Source: Gammaproteobacteria bacterium
Lineage (GTDB): Bacteria; Pseudomonadota; Gammaproteobacteria; Natronospirales; JAIVGZ01
Reading direction: 5' to 3'
DNA length: 64,000 bases
Assembly (NCBI GenBank): GCA_040882865.1
Contig: JBBEAN010000002.1
Span: 47,564-111,563 of the forward strand
The notes beneath the pieces are model-generated. The model saw only the letters and a list, made by a program, of their open reading frames with translations. It searched no databases and was not told the origin of the DNA. The position numbers were made by a program, and so were the translations under genes. Positions 23,879-34,548 of the stretch are shown one piece after another; within the stretch, counting starts at the first letter, position 1, and each line of letters starts with the position of its first letter.

Positions 23879-24809
23879 GGCAGGCGACGCCGGCGGCAAG
23901 GGCGGGTCGCTCTGCGTCACATCGCTCGATGCGACGCTCGCAGCGCGGCGCGTACGCGCAGCCGGCCGGAAGCGCCTGCAGGTCGGCCGGCTCGCCGGCA
24001 ATGGTCGCGAGCCGCACCTCGTCCGCGCGATCGAGCCGCGGCACGGATCGTAGCAAGCCCGCGGTGTACGGGTGGCGGGGCGCAGCGAACACGGCGTCGA
24101 TGCCGCCGGTCTCGACGGCGCGCCCCGCGTACATGACCATCAGCTCATCGCACTGGCCGGCGACGACGCCGAGGTCGTGGGAGATCAGAATCGTCGCCGT
24201 ATCGGCCGCCCGAGTGGCTTCACGCAGCACCGCGAGGACTTGCGCCTGGACGGTGACATCCAACGCCGTGGTTGGCTCATCGGCGATGAGCACATCGGGC
24301 CCACAGAGCAGCGCCATCGCAATCATCACGCGTTGACGCATGCCGCCGGACAGCGTGTGCGGGTAGTCATGGATGCGATTGGCTGCCTCTGGAATGCGGA
24401 CCGCGTCGAGCATCCGGATCGACTGGCGCACGGCGTCGTCACGGCCGAGGCCGCGGTGCCGCTGGAGCACTTCGGCCATTTGCGTGCGGATACGCAAGTA
24501 AGGGTTCAAGCTCGTCATCGGGTCTTGGAAAACCATCGCGACGCGCGCACCGCGCACGCCGCTCAACGCGCGTTCGTCGAGCCCGATCAACTCCTGGCCG
24601 CCGAGCCTCGCGCTACCGGTCGCGCGCCCATTGGTCGGCAACAGCCCCATCAGCGCAAGCATCGCCTGCGTCTTGCCGGAGCCCGATTCGCCGACGATAC
24701 CGAGCGTCGTTCCGCGCTCAACCGTGAAACCGAGCGCATCGACTGCGGACACGTCACCGTCAGGTGTCGTGAATGAGACAGATAGGTTTTCGACCACGAG
24801 CGCGCTCAT
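23835..24809 (-). CDS. oppD: Oligopeptide ABC transporter ATPase, OppD-like
   Basis: GESGSGKT, LSGGMRQR, C-terminal Cys motif (GCAYAPRC...VACH). Confidence 0.9.
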   Translation of the reverse strand: MSALVVENLSVSFTTPDGDVSAVDALGFTVERGTTLGIVGESGSGKTQAMLALMGLLPTNGRATGSARLGGQELIGLDERALSGVRGARVAMVFQDPMTSLNPYLRIRTQMAEVLQRHRGLGRDDAVRQSIRMLDAVRIPEAANRIHDYPHTLSGGMRQRVMIAMALLCGPDVLIADEPTTALDVTVQAQVLAVLREATRAADTATILISHDLGVVAGQCDELMVMYAGRAVETGGIDAVFAAPRHPYTAGLLRSVPRLDRADEVRLATIAGEPADLQALPAGCAYAPRCERRIERCDAERPALAAGVACHVPLGSGTKGTEGA

Positions 24810-25657
24810 CGGTCCCTCGGATCAAGCGCGTCGCGCAGGCCGTCGCCCAGGAAGTTGAAGCAGAACAGCGTCACCGCGAGGAAGGCCGCCGGAAACACGA
24901 GCATCCATGGCGCGCGCTCCATTTCGCGCGCGCCCTCGCTGACCAGCGCGCCCCAACTCGTGGCCGGCTCCTGCACGCCGAGGCCAAGGAACGACAGGAA
25001 TGATTCGACAAGGATGACCTGCGGGATCGTCAGCGTCACGTAGACCGCGACGACGCCGAGCAGATTCGGAACGATGTGGCGGCGGATGATCTCCGCGCTG
25101 CTCACGCCGGCGGCCTGCGCGGCTTCGACATACCCGCGCTGTTTCAGGGACAGCGTCTGCCCGCGCACGATGCGCGCCATGTCAAGCCAATTGATGGCGC
25201 CGATCGCGATGAAAATCAGCAGGATGTTGCGTCCGAACACCACCATCAGAAGAATCACGAAAAAAATGAACGGGATCGCATACAGCACGTCGACGATGCG
25301 CATCATCACCTGATCGATCCGGCCACCGAGGTAGCCGGCAGTCGCGCCCCACGCGACCCCGATCACGAGCGACACCAGCGTGGCGGCGAGCCCAACCAAG
25401 AGCGAAATCCGACCGCCGTGCAGCGTGCGCGTGAACAGATCACGACCGACGGCGTCAGTGCCGAAGGGGTGCCAGCCGTCGAGTGTCGGCGCGATGGCGA
25501 CGCGGTCCCAGTTGGTGTGCTCCGGCGCGTGTGGGCTAAGCGCCGGCGCGGCGAGCACGAGGACGCCGAGCACCGCGAGCACCGCGGCAGCCGCGAGCGC
25601 CGCGCGGTTCCTGCGCAAGCGCTGCCACGCGTCGGTCCATAGCGTCCGGCGCTTCAC
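24806..25657 (-). CDS. oppC: Oligopeptide ABC permease, OppC-like
   Basis: FGTDAVGRDL, YVEAAQAAG, ESFLSFLGLG; GTGA overlap with oppB. Confidence 0.9.
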   Translation of the reverse strand: MKRRTLWTDAWQRLRRNRAALAAAAVLAVLGVLVLAAPALSPHAPEHTNWDRVAIAPTLDGWHPFGTDAVGRDLFTRTLHGGRISLLVGLAATLVSLVIGVAWGATAGYLGGRIDQVMMRIVDVLYAIPFIFFVILLMVVFGRNILLIFIAIGAINWLDMARIVRGQTLSLKQRGYVEAAQAAGVSSAEIIRRHIVPNLLGVVAVYVTLTIPQVILVESFLSFLGLGVQEPATSWGALVSEGAREMERAPWMLVFPAAFLAVTLFCFNFLGDGLRDALDPRDR

Positions 25658-26577
25658 CGGTATCGCACCTGCGGATCGAGCCACGCGTAGAGCAGGTCGA
25701 CGACGAGGTTCATCGCAATCACGAACGCACCGTAGAACACCACGACACCCATCACGAGCGTGTAGTCGCGATTCAGCGCGCCCTGGATGAAGTACCGGCC
25801 AATCCCGGGCAAGCCGAAAATCTGCTCGACGACGAGCGAGCCTGTGAGCACCGCGGCGACCGCGGGACCAAGGTAAGACACCACTGGAAGCAGCGAAGGC
25901 TTCAGCGCGTGCCGGAGCACGATTGCGCGCGTCCGCAGGCCTTTTGCGCGGGCGGTCCGGATGTAATCGGAGCGCAACACTTCGATCATCGCGCCGCGCG
26001 TCAGGCGCGCGATATACGCGATCTGCGGCAGCGCGAGCACTGCGACCGGCAGCACGAGGTTTCGCCACGCGCCGCCGTTCCAGCCGCCCGCCGGCAGGAT
26101 TCCCGCGTAAACCGCGAAAATAAGGATCAGCAACGGCGCTGTCACGAAGGTGGGCACGGAGATGCCTGTCATCGCGACACCCATCACTGCGTGGTCACCC
26201 GCCGAGTTCTGGCGCAGCGCGGCGAACGCGCCCGCCGCAAACCCCGCGAACAGCGCGATGAGCATCGCGAGCCCTCCGAGCAGCAGCGACACCGGGAGGC
26301 CCGCCGCGATGAGCTCGTTGACGGTCCAGTCCGGATATTTGTAGGACGGGCCGAGGTCGCCCCGAACGAGGTTACCCAAGTAGCGGCCGTATTGGGCGAG
26401 TAACGGCTCGTCGAGGTGATACATGCGTTCGAGGTTCGCCCGGATCTCGGGCTGCAGCATGTGCTCGCTGTCGAATGGGCCGCCGGGCGCTGCGCGCATC
26501 ATCACGAATGCGAGCGTGACCAGGACTAACAGCGTCGGGATTGCGGCGAGCAGTCGTCCGGTGAAGTAGCGCAGCAT
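25654..26577 (-). CDS. oppB: Oligopeptide ABC permease, OppB-like
   Basis: APGGPF, GDLGPS, YIRTARAKG, NRDY. Confidence 0.92.
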   Translation of the reverse strand: MLRYFTGRLLAAIPTLLVLVTLAFVMMRAAPGGPFDSEHMLQPEIRANLERMYHLDEPLLAQYGRYLGNLVRGDLGPSYKYPDWTVNELIAAGLPVSLLLGGLAMLIALFAGFAAGAFAALRQNSAGDHAVMGVAMTGISVPTFVTAPLLILIFAVYAGILPAGGWNGGAWRNLVLPVAVLALPQIAYIARLTRGAMIEVLRSDYIRTARAKGLRTRAIVLRHALKPSLLPVVSYLGPAVAAVLTGSLVVEQIFGLPGIGRYFIQGALNRDYTLVMGVVVFYGAFVIAMNLVVDLLYAWLDPQVRYR

Positions 26578-28143
26578 TTACTGCGCGAGGTACAGATGCC
26601 GACTCGGGTGGACATTCATGACATTCGGCTCGTAGCCGCGCACCTCGGGCTTGACAAGCGCCTTGCTCACGTAGAAATACAACGGAATCAGTGGATAATC
26701 GGCGAGCATCATGCGCTCGGCCTGCTCAAGCATCGCGCGCCGCGCGGCCAAGTCGGTTTCTCGACCCGCCCCCAGTACCAAGGCCTCGTAGCGCGCATCG
26801 TGCCAACCCATATCGTTCAAGCCGTGGCTCGCCAGTAGCGCCTCGGCGAATGTGTTCGCGTCGTTGTAATCCCCGACCCACCCGGAACGGTAGACCTCGA
26901 GCACTTGCGCTTGGCGGTTCGCGAGGAACGTGCCCCACTCCTCGTTGTGCAGGACGGTCTCAACGCCGAGCGCGTCGCGCCACATCGACGCGACCGCGAC
27001 CGCGATACGCCGATGCGCTTCTGCCGTGTTGTACCGCAGCTCCACGCGCAGTGGTGCATCGACCGAAAAGCCGGCCGCCGCGTATAGCCGCTTCGCTTCT
27101 GCGATGCGCTGCTCGGGTGGCCAATCCGCCCATTCGTAAACCTGCGGCGTGTAGTCGGCGACCCCCGGCGGAACCCAGGACCACGCGGCGATTTCACCGG
27201 CGCCCATGACTTGGTTCGCGATCACTTCCCGGTCGATGGCCATCGACAGCGCGGCCCGCAGCTCGGGGTTGCCGGCGAACGGCTCGCGCGTGAGATTAAA
27301 GCCATAAAAATACGTGCTCAGATACGGCGCAGTGCGCACTTCGTCGCCGAGGTTGCGCACCAGCCACTCGTATTGTTGCGCCGGAAACGTGCGCGTCAGG
27401 TGTAGCTCACCGGCCCGATACCGCGCGAGTTCCGTCGCCTCGGACTCCACCGGGTGGTACACGACCGCGTCGAGCCTGGTCGCGGCGTCGTTCCAGTAAT
27501 GGCCATTGCGCTCGACGCGCAGGTGCGACTGCGATACCCAGTCGACGAGGCGGAATGCGCCGTTTGTGACGCTGTTTTCCGGCCGCGTGAAGCGCGCTTC
27601 GTGTGCTTCGACGGTTGCGCGGTGGACGGGAAACGCGATTGGCTGCGCGAGCAGGCCGGGCAAGTACGGCGTCGGTCCGGTCAGCGTGAGTTCGAGCGTG
27701 AGCGGGTCAGGTACGCGAATGTCGGCAATGACCGCGAGCATCGGCGCGTAACCCGACCCGGTCGCGGGATCGACCGCGCGGCGCAGCGACCATTCGAAGT
27801 CGTGTGCGGTCACCGGGTCGCCGTTCGACCAGCGTGCGTCGTCGCGCAGTGCGAACGTCCAGACCAGACCGTCGTCAGACACAGTCCACGATTCCGCGAC
27901 GCCGGGAATGAGCGCGCCATCCGCAGCCTCAGCGACGAGTCCCTCGTAAAGGTCGCGGAGGATGGAGAACGTTTCGACGCCACGCGCGCGGTGCGGGTCC
28001 AGCGATTCGGGTTCTAACCCGTTGCCGCGGTGCAGGGTCGTTGTCTCGGAAACCGGCGCGGCATCGCCGTCGCGATCCGTGCAACCGGCGGCGACGAGTG
28101 CGACCACGAGCAAGGCCGCTGCGGCCGCACGCAACGTCGTCAT
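26578..28143 (-). CDS. oppA: Peptide ABC substrate-binding lipoprotein, OppA-like
   Basis: Lipobox-like [23 protein letters not shown]. Confidence 0.9.
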   Translation of the reverse strand: MTTLRAAAAALLVVALVAAGCTDRDGDAAPVSETTTLHRGNGLEPESLDPHRARGVETFSILRDLYEGLVAEAADGALIPGVAESWTVSDDGLVWTFALRDDARWSNGDPVTAHDFEWSLRRAVDPATGSGYAPMLAVIADIRVPDPLTLELTLTGPTPYLPGLLAQPIAFPVHRATVEAHEARFTRPENSVTNGAFRLVDWVSQSHLRVERNGHYWNDAATRLDAVVYHPVESEATELARYRAGELHLTRTFPAQQYEWLVRNLGDEVRTAPYLSTYFYGFNLTREPFAGNPELRAALSMAIDREVIANQVMGAGEIAAWSWVPPGVADYTPQVYEWADWPPEQRIAEAKRLYAAAGFSVDAPLRVELRYNTAEAHRRIAVAVASMWRDALGVETVLHNEEWGTFLANRQAQVLEVYRSGWVGDYNDANTFAEALLASHGLNDMGWHDARYEALVLGAGRETDLAARRAMLEQAERMMLADYPLIPLYFYVSKALVKPEVRGYEPNVMNVHPSRHLYLAQ

Positions 28144-29951
28144 GCGGATTTCTTCAGGTGCACCATCAACAGCGAAATCGCGGCCGGCGTGACGCCAGCG
28201 ATACGCGCCGCCTGGCCGAGCGTCGCCGGCCGGTACTGCTCGAGTTTCTGCCGTACCTCGGCGGACAGCCCGCGGACGGATGAATAGTCGATTGCATCAG
28301 GCAGCGCGCGCGATTCGTGTTCGCGAGCGCGTTCGACCTGGTCGTGCTGCCGCGCGATGTAGCCTGCATAACGCGTCTGGATTTCGACCTGCTCGGCGAC
28401 CGCGGGGTCGTCGACGCCGGGGCCGGCGCCGCGAGCCATCAGCGCCGCGTAGTCAACGTCAGGGCGGCGCAGCCAATCGATGGCACGCTGCCCATCAATC
28501 CTGAGCGCCTCGAGCCGGGATTGCTCCGCAGTGATTGCGTCGCGCTTGCGTTCGAACGCGTCCCAGCGTCGGTCGTCCACGAGGCCAAGCGCGCGCCCGG
28601 TTGGTGTGAGCCGCAGGTCCGCGTTGTCCTCGCGCAGCGTGAGCCGGTATTCCGCGCGGCTTGTGAACATACGGTACGGCTCAAGGGTGCCGCGCGTGAC
28701 CAAGTCGTCTACCAGCACGCCGATGTACGCCTCGTCGCGCCGTGGCGACCACGGCTCGGCTCCGCGTGTGGCACGCGCCGCGTTCACCCCGGCGAGCAGC
28801 CCTTGCGCCGCGGCTTCCTCGTAGCCCGTCGTGCCGTTGATTTGGCCGGCAAAATACAGCCCGATCACCGCACGCGTCTCCAGCGTCGGCCTCAGGCCCC
28901 GAGGATCGAAATAGTCGTATTCGATGGCGTAACCCGGTCGCGTGAGGTGCGCCCGTTCGAATCCCGGGATGCTGCGCACGAACGCGAGTTGCACATCGAA
29001 CGGCAGGCTCGTCGAAATGCCGTTCGGGTACACCTCATTCACCCCGAGGCCCTCGGGTTCAACAAACACTTGGTGCGAGGCCTTGTCCGCGAACCGCACC
29101 ACCTTGTCTTCGACGGACGGGCAGTAGCGCGGGCCGGTGCCCTCGATCGCCCCGGAGAACATCGGCGATCGGTCGAGCGCGGCGCGGATGATGTCGTGGG
29201 TCCGCGGCGTCGTGTGCGCAATCCAGCACGACACCTGGGCCGGGTGATCGGCGCGGCGTCCCATGAAGCTGAACACCGGGCGTGGATCGTCGCCGGGTTG
29301 CTCGGTCAGTCGCCCATAATCAATCGTCCGCCCGTCGATGCGCGGCGGGGTGCCCGTCTTCAAACGGCCGACGGAGAAGGGCAGCTCACGCAGGCGGGCC
29401 GCGAGCGCGGTCGACGGTGGGTCGCCGGCGCGGCCTCCTGGCGCGTTACGCTCGCCGATGTGCAGGCGGCCGCCAAGAAAAGTGCCGACCGTCAGCACGA
29501 CGGCGGCAGCGCGGAATTCGAGGCCCATGGCGGTCACGACCCCAAAGACCCGACCGCCAGCGACCAGAACATCGTCGACACCCTGCTGGAACAGCGTGAG
29601 GTTCGGCTGGCGCTCGAGTTCCGCGCGGATGAACTGACGGTACCGCTGGCGGTCCGCCTGCGCGCGCGTCGCACGAACCGCCGGGCCTTTGCTCGCATTC
29701 AGGCGTCGGAAATGGATGCCGGCGTAATCCGCGGCGCGCGCCATCACGCCGCCGAGTGCATCGATCTCCTTGACGAGGTGTCCCTTGCCGATACCGCCGA
29801 TGGCGGGGTTACAGCTCATTTGTCCGAGCGTTTCGATCGCATGCGTGAGCAGCAACGTGCGTGAGCCCGCGCGCGCAGACGCCAGCGCGGCCTCCGTCCC
29901 CGCGTGCCCACCGCCGACCACGATGACATCGAATTGTTCGGGAAAATGCAC
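28140..29951 (-). CDS. mnmG: tRNA U34 modification enzyme MnmG (GidA)
   Basis: [35 protein letters not shown]. Confidence 0.98.
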   Translation of the reverse strand: MHFPEQFDVIVVGGGHAGTEAALASARAGSRTLLLTHAIETLGQMSCNPAIGGIGKGHLVKEIDALGGVMARAADYAGIHFRRLNASKGPAVRATRAQADRQRYRQFIRAELERQPNLTLFQQGVDDVLVAGGRVFGVVTAMGLEFRAAAVVLTVGTFLGGRLHIGERNAPGGRAGDPPSTALAARLRELPFSVGRLKTGTPPRIDGRTIDYGRLTEQPGDDPRPVFSFMGRRADHPAQVSCWIAHTTPRTHDIIRAALDRSPMFSGAIEGTGPRYCPSVEDKVVRFADKASHQVFVEPEGLGVNEVYPNGISTSLPFDVQLAFVRSIPGFERAHLTRPGYAIEYDYFDPRGLRPTLETRAVIGLYFAGQINGTTGYEEAAAQGLLAGVNAARATRGAEPWSPRRDEAYIGVLVDDLVTRGTLEPYRMFTSRAEYRLTLREDNADLRLTPTGRALGLVDDRRWDAFERKRDAITAEQSRLEALRIDGQRAIDWLRRPDVDYAALMARGAGPGVDDPAVAEQVEIQTRYAGYIARQHDQVERAREHESRALPDAIDYSSVRGLSAEVRQKLEQYRPATLGQAARIAGVTPAAISLLMVHLKKSA

Positions 29952-30003
29952 CGTTGGATGATACCATCGCAGTCAATCCGACCGGGGTCGTTTCACTGTA
30001 TCG

Positions 30004-31488
30004 ATGAACCGTCGACTGCTCACGCTGCTGCTCGCCCTTGCACCGTTCATGCCGCAGGGACTGCTCGCGAATCCCGCTGTTGCGCCGCCCGCACTGCTGG
30101 CGCTCGAGTCCTGCCACCTCGCGGTGCCGCAGTACCCGCTGCGCATCGCGGCCAAGTGCACCGAGCTCGACGTGCCCGAAAACCCCGAAGACCCGGACGG
30201 CAGGCGAATCGAGCTCTCCATTGCCGTGCTGCCAGCGACATCGCGAGCGCGCGAGCCAGACCCCCTGATGTTCATCACCGGCGGCCCCGGGCAGTCGGCG
30301 CTCGACAGCTACGTCAGCGTCAGCCCCGCGTTCTCGCGCATGAACCGATCACGCGACATCGTACTCGTCGACCAGCGCGGCACGGGCGGCTCGAATGCGC
30401 TGCGCTGCGCGGCATCCGACGACTTCGACGAATTGAATGCATCTGCGGAGCAGCGGCGCGCGTGGCTCGCCGATTGCCTTGCTGCGTTGCCCGGCGACCC
30501 GCGCTATTACACGACGAGCGTCGCCGTGCGTGACCTCGACGCAGTTCGCGTGGCCCTCGGTTACGAGCGTGTGAACTTGTACGGCATCTCGTACGGCACG
30601 CGGGTCGCGCAGGCGTATGCACGCCGGTTCCCCGATCGCACCCGCAGCGTGATTCTCGACGGCGTCGTACCGATGGATCTCGCCCTCGGGCCGGATATCT
30701 CGCTCGACGCGCAGCGCGCGCTTGAGATGCTGTTCGACCGCTGCGCCGCAGATCCCGCGTGCGCGGAGCGGTTCCCGGCGCTGCGCGACGGCTTTGCCCG
30801 CATCCAGCGGCAATTGCGCGAGGCCCCGGTCCAGCTCGTGCTCGCGGATCCGGTGACCGCGGAACTCACCGAGTCGGTGTTCACCGACGAATATTTCAGC
30901 GGCATCGTGCGCATGTTCAGCTACGCGCCGGAGACGGTCGCCCTGCTTCCGCTGCTGATCGATCACGCCGCGACCACCGGCGACTTCGCGCCGCTCGCCG
31001 CGCAGACGCTACTCGTGCTGCAGGAGCTCGGCGATTCGATCGCGACCGGGATGCACAACGCAATCGTCTGCACCGAGGACCTGCCCTTCATCGACGATGG
31101 CGAAGCGATGCGCTCCCGCCTCGACGAGACTTACCTCGGCGCCAATACGCTCGAGTACCTCGTCGAGGCCTGCGGCCTCTGGCCGCGCGGCGTCATCGAT
31201 GACGACTTCAAGCAGCCGTGGACGAGCGACATCCCGACGCTGGTCCTGTCCGGGGAAGCGGATCCGGTCACGCCGCCCGCAAACGGCGAGCATGTCCTCA
31301 AGACGCTGTCGAACGCGAAACATGTCGTCGGCCCCGGCCAGGGCCACGGCCTGTCGCTGCGCGGCTGCATACCGCGCCTGATGGCGGAGTTCATCGAGGC
31401 CGGAGACCCCGCAACGATTGACGCTGAGTGCGTCACCCGTCTTCAGCCGTCGCCGTTCTTCCTGCGCTTCACCGGGCCGAACCCATGA
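30004..31488 (+). CDS. Secreted alpha/beta hydrolase (TAP/S33-like peptidase)
   Basis: Signal peptide, GGPG, DQRGTG, GISYGT, DPVTP, GHG. Confidence 0.85.
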   Translation: MNRRLLTLLLALAPFMPQGLLANPAVAPPALLALESCHLAVPQYPLRIAAKCTELDVPENPEDPDGRRIELSIAVLPATSRAREPDPLMFITGGPGQSALDSYVSVSPAFSRMNRSRDIVLVDQRGTGGSNALRCAASDDFDELNASAEQRRAWLADCLAALPGDPRYYTTSVAVRDLDAVRVALGYERVNLYGISYGTRVAQAYARRFPDRTRSVILDGVVPMDLALGPDISLDAQRALEMLFDRCAADPACAERFPALRDGFARIQRQLREAPVQLVLADPVTAELTESVFTDEYFSGIVRMFSYAPETVALLPLLIDHAATTGDFAPLAAQTLLVLQELGDSIATGMHNAIVCTEDLPFIDDGEAMRSRLDETYLGANTLEYLVEACGLWPRGVIDDDFKQPWTSDIPTLVLSGEADPVTPPANGEHVLKTLSNAKHVVGPGQGHGLSLRGCIPRLMAEFIEAGDPATIDAECVTRLQPSPFFLRFTGPNP

Positions 31489-32216
31489 TCCGCATCGATG
31501 GCATCGGCAAATCATTCGGCGAGGTGCGCGCGGTCGACAGCGTGAGCTTCACGGCGCCGGATGGGCGCATCACCGGGTTGCTCGGCCCCAACGGTGCTGG
31601 CAAGTCCACCACCCTACGGATGCTGTACACGGTGTTGCAGCCCGATCGCGGCACCGCATTCGTCGATGGACACGACGTGCGCGAGGCGCCGCTCGGCGCG
31701 CGGCGAGCGATGGGGGTACTGCCGCACGGCACCGGGCTGTACCCGAGGCTGACCGCGCGCGAGAACATTGCGTATTACGGCCGACTCAACGGCATGCGTG
31801 GTCCGCATCTCGCGCGGCGCGTCGACTTGCTCGTAGACATGCTGGAAATCGGCGAATTCGTGGATCGCCGCGCGAAGGGTTTCTCACAGGGCCAGCGCAT
31901 CAAGGTCGCGCTGGCGCGCGCGATGGTTCACGACCCGCGCAACGTCGTCCTCGACGAACCGACGAACGGCCTTGACGTGATGGCCACCCGCGCGCTCCGC
32001 GAACTCATCCGGAAGCTGAAGGCCGAAGGTCGGTGCATCCTGTTCTCGAGCCACGTGATGCAGGAAGTCAGCGCCTTGTGTGATGACATCGTGATCATCG
32101 CGCACGGGCGCGTGGTCGCGCATGGCTCGCCGGCCGAGCTACGGGAACGCGCGGGCGAGGACGACCTCGAGGAGGTCTTCGTACGCGCCATCATGAGTGC
32201 GGAGGGGGCACCATGA
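31485..32216 (+). CDS. ABC transporter ATPase (NatA-like)
   Basis: GPNGAGKST, FSQGQ, LDEPTNGLD. Confidence 0.88.
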   Translation: MIRIDGIGKSFGEVRAVDSVSFTAPDGRITGLLGPNGAGKSTTLRMLYTVLQPDRGTAFVDGHDVREAPLGARRAMGVLPHGTGLYPRLTARENIAYYGRLNGMRGPHLARRVDLLVDMLEIGEFVDRRAKGFSQGQRIKVALARAMVHDPRNVVLDEPTNGLDVMATRALRELIRKLKAEGRCILFSSHVMQEVSALCDDIVIIAHGRVVAHGSPAELRERAGEDDLEEVFVRAIMSAEGAP

Positions 32217-33385
32217 TGCGCGGCGCGTGGACGGTGTTCCTGAAGGAATCGATCGACAACCTGCGCGACCGGCGTGCGGTCATGTCGTCATTGCTGATGG
32301 GGCCGATTCTCGGACCCGCGATTTTCGCCGTCGCGATGACTGCGGTGCTGACCATCACCGCAGGCCAGCTCGAGAAGCCGCTTGAGATGCCGGTAATCGG
32401 CGGCGAACATGCGCCGAACCTGATCGCATGGCTCGAACAACGCGATGTCATCATCCTCGACGCGCCCGCTGATCCAGAGCAGGCCGTCCGCGACGGCGAC
32501 CATCACGTCGTGCTGATCATTCCCGCCTCCTACGACGAGCAGTTCCGCGCCGGCACGCCCGCGAGCGTGCGCATGATGGTGGATCGCTCAAACAGGAAGG
32601 CACAGGCGAACATCAATCGCGCACGCGGATTGCTGAACGCGTACGGCGAGACCATCGGCCGCCTGCGTCTCATCGCGCGCGGCGTGAGCCCGGCGGTCGT
32701 GAACGCGGTGGCGATCGAAACGGACGACCTCGCCTCGCCTGAGGCGCGCGCGGCGTTGATCCTCGGCATGCTGCCGTACCTGATCGTGATTTCGATGCTG
32801 ATGGGCGGCTTCTATCTTGCAATCGATACGACCGCCGGCGAGCGTGAGCGCGGTTCGCTCGAAGCGCTGCTCACGACGCCGCTGACGCGCGGCGCACTGA
32901 TCGGCGGGAAGCTCGCCGCGACGTTCGCGTTCTCCGTGCTCGCCCTGATGCTCGCGCTCGTCGCGTTCTACCTCGTGATCCCACTCGTGCCGCTCGATCG
33001 CGTGGGCATGATCATCAACTTCACGCCGTGGATGGCGATGCAGATCTTCCTCGTCAATCTGCCGTTCGCGCTGTTTGGCGCCGCGCTGCTGACGGTGGTG
33101 GCCGCCTTCACCCGCAGCTTCAAGGAGGCGCAGACCTGGTTGTCGGTGGTGTTGTTCGTGCCGATGATCCCGACTTTCGTGATCCTGATCCTGCCCTTCC
33201 AGTCCGCGACCTGGATGATGTTCGTGCCGAGCCTGAGCCAGGGCGCGCTCGTGAATCAGGTGATTCGCGGTGAGGCGCTCGACCTTATTCAAGTCGCATT
33301 GTCGTGGGGCACGACCCTGCTGTACGGGTTCGCGCTCGGCGCACTTGCGGCGCGGCTGTACCGGCGCGAAGCGGTCTTGGGCTGA
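32213..33385 (+). CDS. ABC-2 type permease (NatB-like)
   Basis: KE..D.LRDRR, AGERERGSLEALL, multiple TM segments. Confidence 0.86.
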   Translation: MMRGAWTVFLKESIDNLRDRRAVMSSLLMGPILGPAIFAVAMTAVLTITAGQLEKPLEMPVIGGEHAPNLIAWLEQRDVIILDAPADPEQAVRDGDHHVVLIIPASYDEQFRAGTPASVRMMVDRSNRKAQANINRARGLLNAYGETIGRLRLIARGVSPAVVNAVAIETDDLASPEARAALILGMLPYLIVISMLMGGFYLAIDTTAGERERGSLEALLTTPLTRGALIGGKLAATFAFSVLALMLALVAFYLVIPLVPLDRVGMIINFTPWMAMQIFLVNLPFALFGAALLTVVAAFTRSFKEAQTWLSVVLFVPMIPTFVILILPFQSATWMMFVPSLSQGALVNQVIRGEALDLIQVALSWGTTLLYGFALGALAARLYRREAVLG

Positions 33386-34548
33386 TGGACAAGGTAAGTC
33401 AGCAGAGTCTCAGACTTCGCCGATTCGGCCTCGCCTTGATCACGTACGGCATCTGGGCCGCGTTCATGCTGTACGTCGACGCGCTGGATCTGTTCCGGCT
33501 CGAGATTGGCGGCATTGAAATGCCTCTGTGGTGGATGCTTGGCGGCATGGTCGCCACGAACCTGATGTTCCTCTCAATGCTTCTCTCCGGGCTTAACGAG
33601 CGGTTCGCCGACCCGAGCCTCACGACGCCCATGATTCTCGTCGCATTAACCTGGGCAATCGTCACGGCAGGGGGTCTGCCGGATGCGCGTGCGCTGAGTT
33701 TCTCGGCGTTCATCGTGATTTTCCTGTTCGGTATCTTCAACCAGCGTGCGATGCGCTATTTCGTGTGTGTCATGTATTCGATGGCCGGCTACTCCATCGT
33801 CGTCTATGCGACGCTACCCCCGAATCCATCTGAGGCGCGCGTCAGCTTCGAGCTGATGCAGGGCGTGCTGCTTTTCGCGATGTTGTTCTGGGTGTCGTTC
33901 TTCGGTAGCTACGTCGGTCGCTTGCGCGAACGGCTGCACGCGCGCCACGAGGAGCTCAAGAACGCGCTCGAACTTGTCGAGGAACTCGCAGCGCACGACG
34001 ACCTGACCGGGCTGTACAACCGGCGCTTCGTGATGGGTGCGCTCGCTCGGGAGCAGCAGCGCTTCGCGCGGCACGGCACGCCGTTTGCGGTGATCCTGCT
34101 CGACCTCGACCGGTTCAAGGAGGTCAATGACACGCACGGGCACCCGGCGGGCGACGAGCTGCTGAAGATATTCGTGCAGAGAATCATCGCCGAGGTGCGA
34201 GACATCGATATGGTCGGCGCGGGTCGCGAGCTCACGGAAGCCGACACGATCGGCCGCTTCGGCGGTGAGGAATTCATCGTCATCCTGCCCGACACGGGGC
34301 TTGCCGGAGCGCGCCTGGTCGCCGAGCGCATCCGGGAATCCGCGGCATCGAGGCCGTTCGAGACCGGCGTCGGCGAAATCAACGTTACGGTGTCGATCGG
34401 CGTTGCTCAGTACCGCCGTGACGAATCGATCCGCAGCATTCTTGAGCGCGTGGACAAGGCGCTATACGCAGCGAAGCACGCGGGGCGAAACCGCGTCGCG
34501 GTCGCGCCGCCCGAGCCCGATGCGACGCCGATGGTCGCTCCGACTTAG
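33385..34548 (+). CDS. Membrane-bound diguanylate cyclase
   Basis: About 6 TM N-terminus (NERFADPSLT), DDLTGLYNRR, GGEEF. Confidence 0.9.
   Translation: MDKVSQQSLRLRRFGLALITYGIWAAFMLYVDALDLFRLEIGGIEMPLWWMLGGMVATNLMFLSMLLSGLNERFADPSLTTPMILVALTWAIVTAGGLPDARALSFSAFIVIFLFGIFNQRAMRYFVCVMYSMAGYSIVVYATLPPNPSEARVSFELMQGVLLFAMLFWVSFFGSYVGRLRERLHARHEELKNALELVEELAAHDDLTGLYNRRFVMGALAREQQRFARHGTPFAVILLDLDRFKEVNDTHGHPAGDELLKIFVQRIIAEVRDIDMVGAGRELTEADTIGRFGGEEFIVILPDTGLAGARLVAERIRESAASRPFETGVGEINVTVSIGVAQYRRDESIRSILERVDKALYAAKHAGRNRVAVAPPEPDATPMVAPT

Noticed and set aside
28317-29864. Long antisense ORFs (also 11984-13474, 15728-17314, 18583-19983, 44461-45969)
   Set aside because: Shadow frames of well-supported genes in high-GC DNA, with no recognisable motifs.
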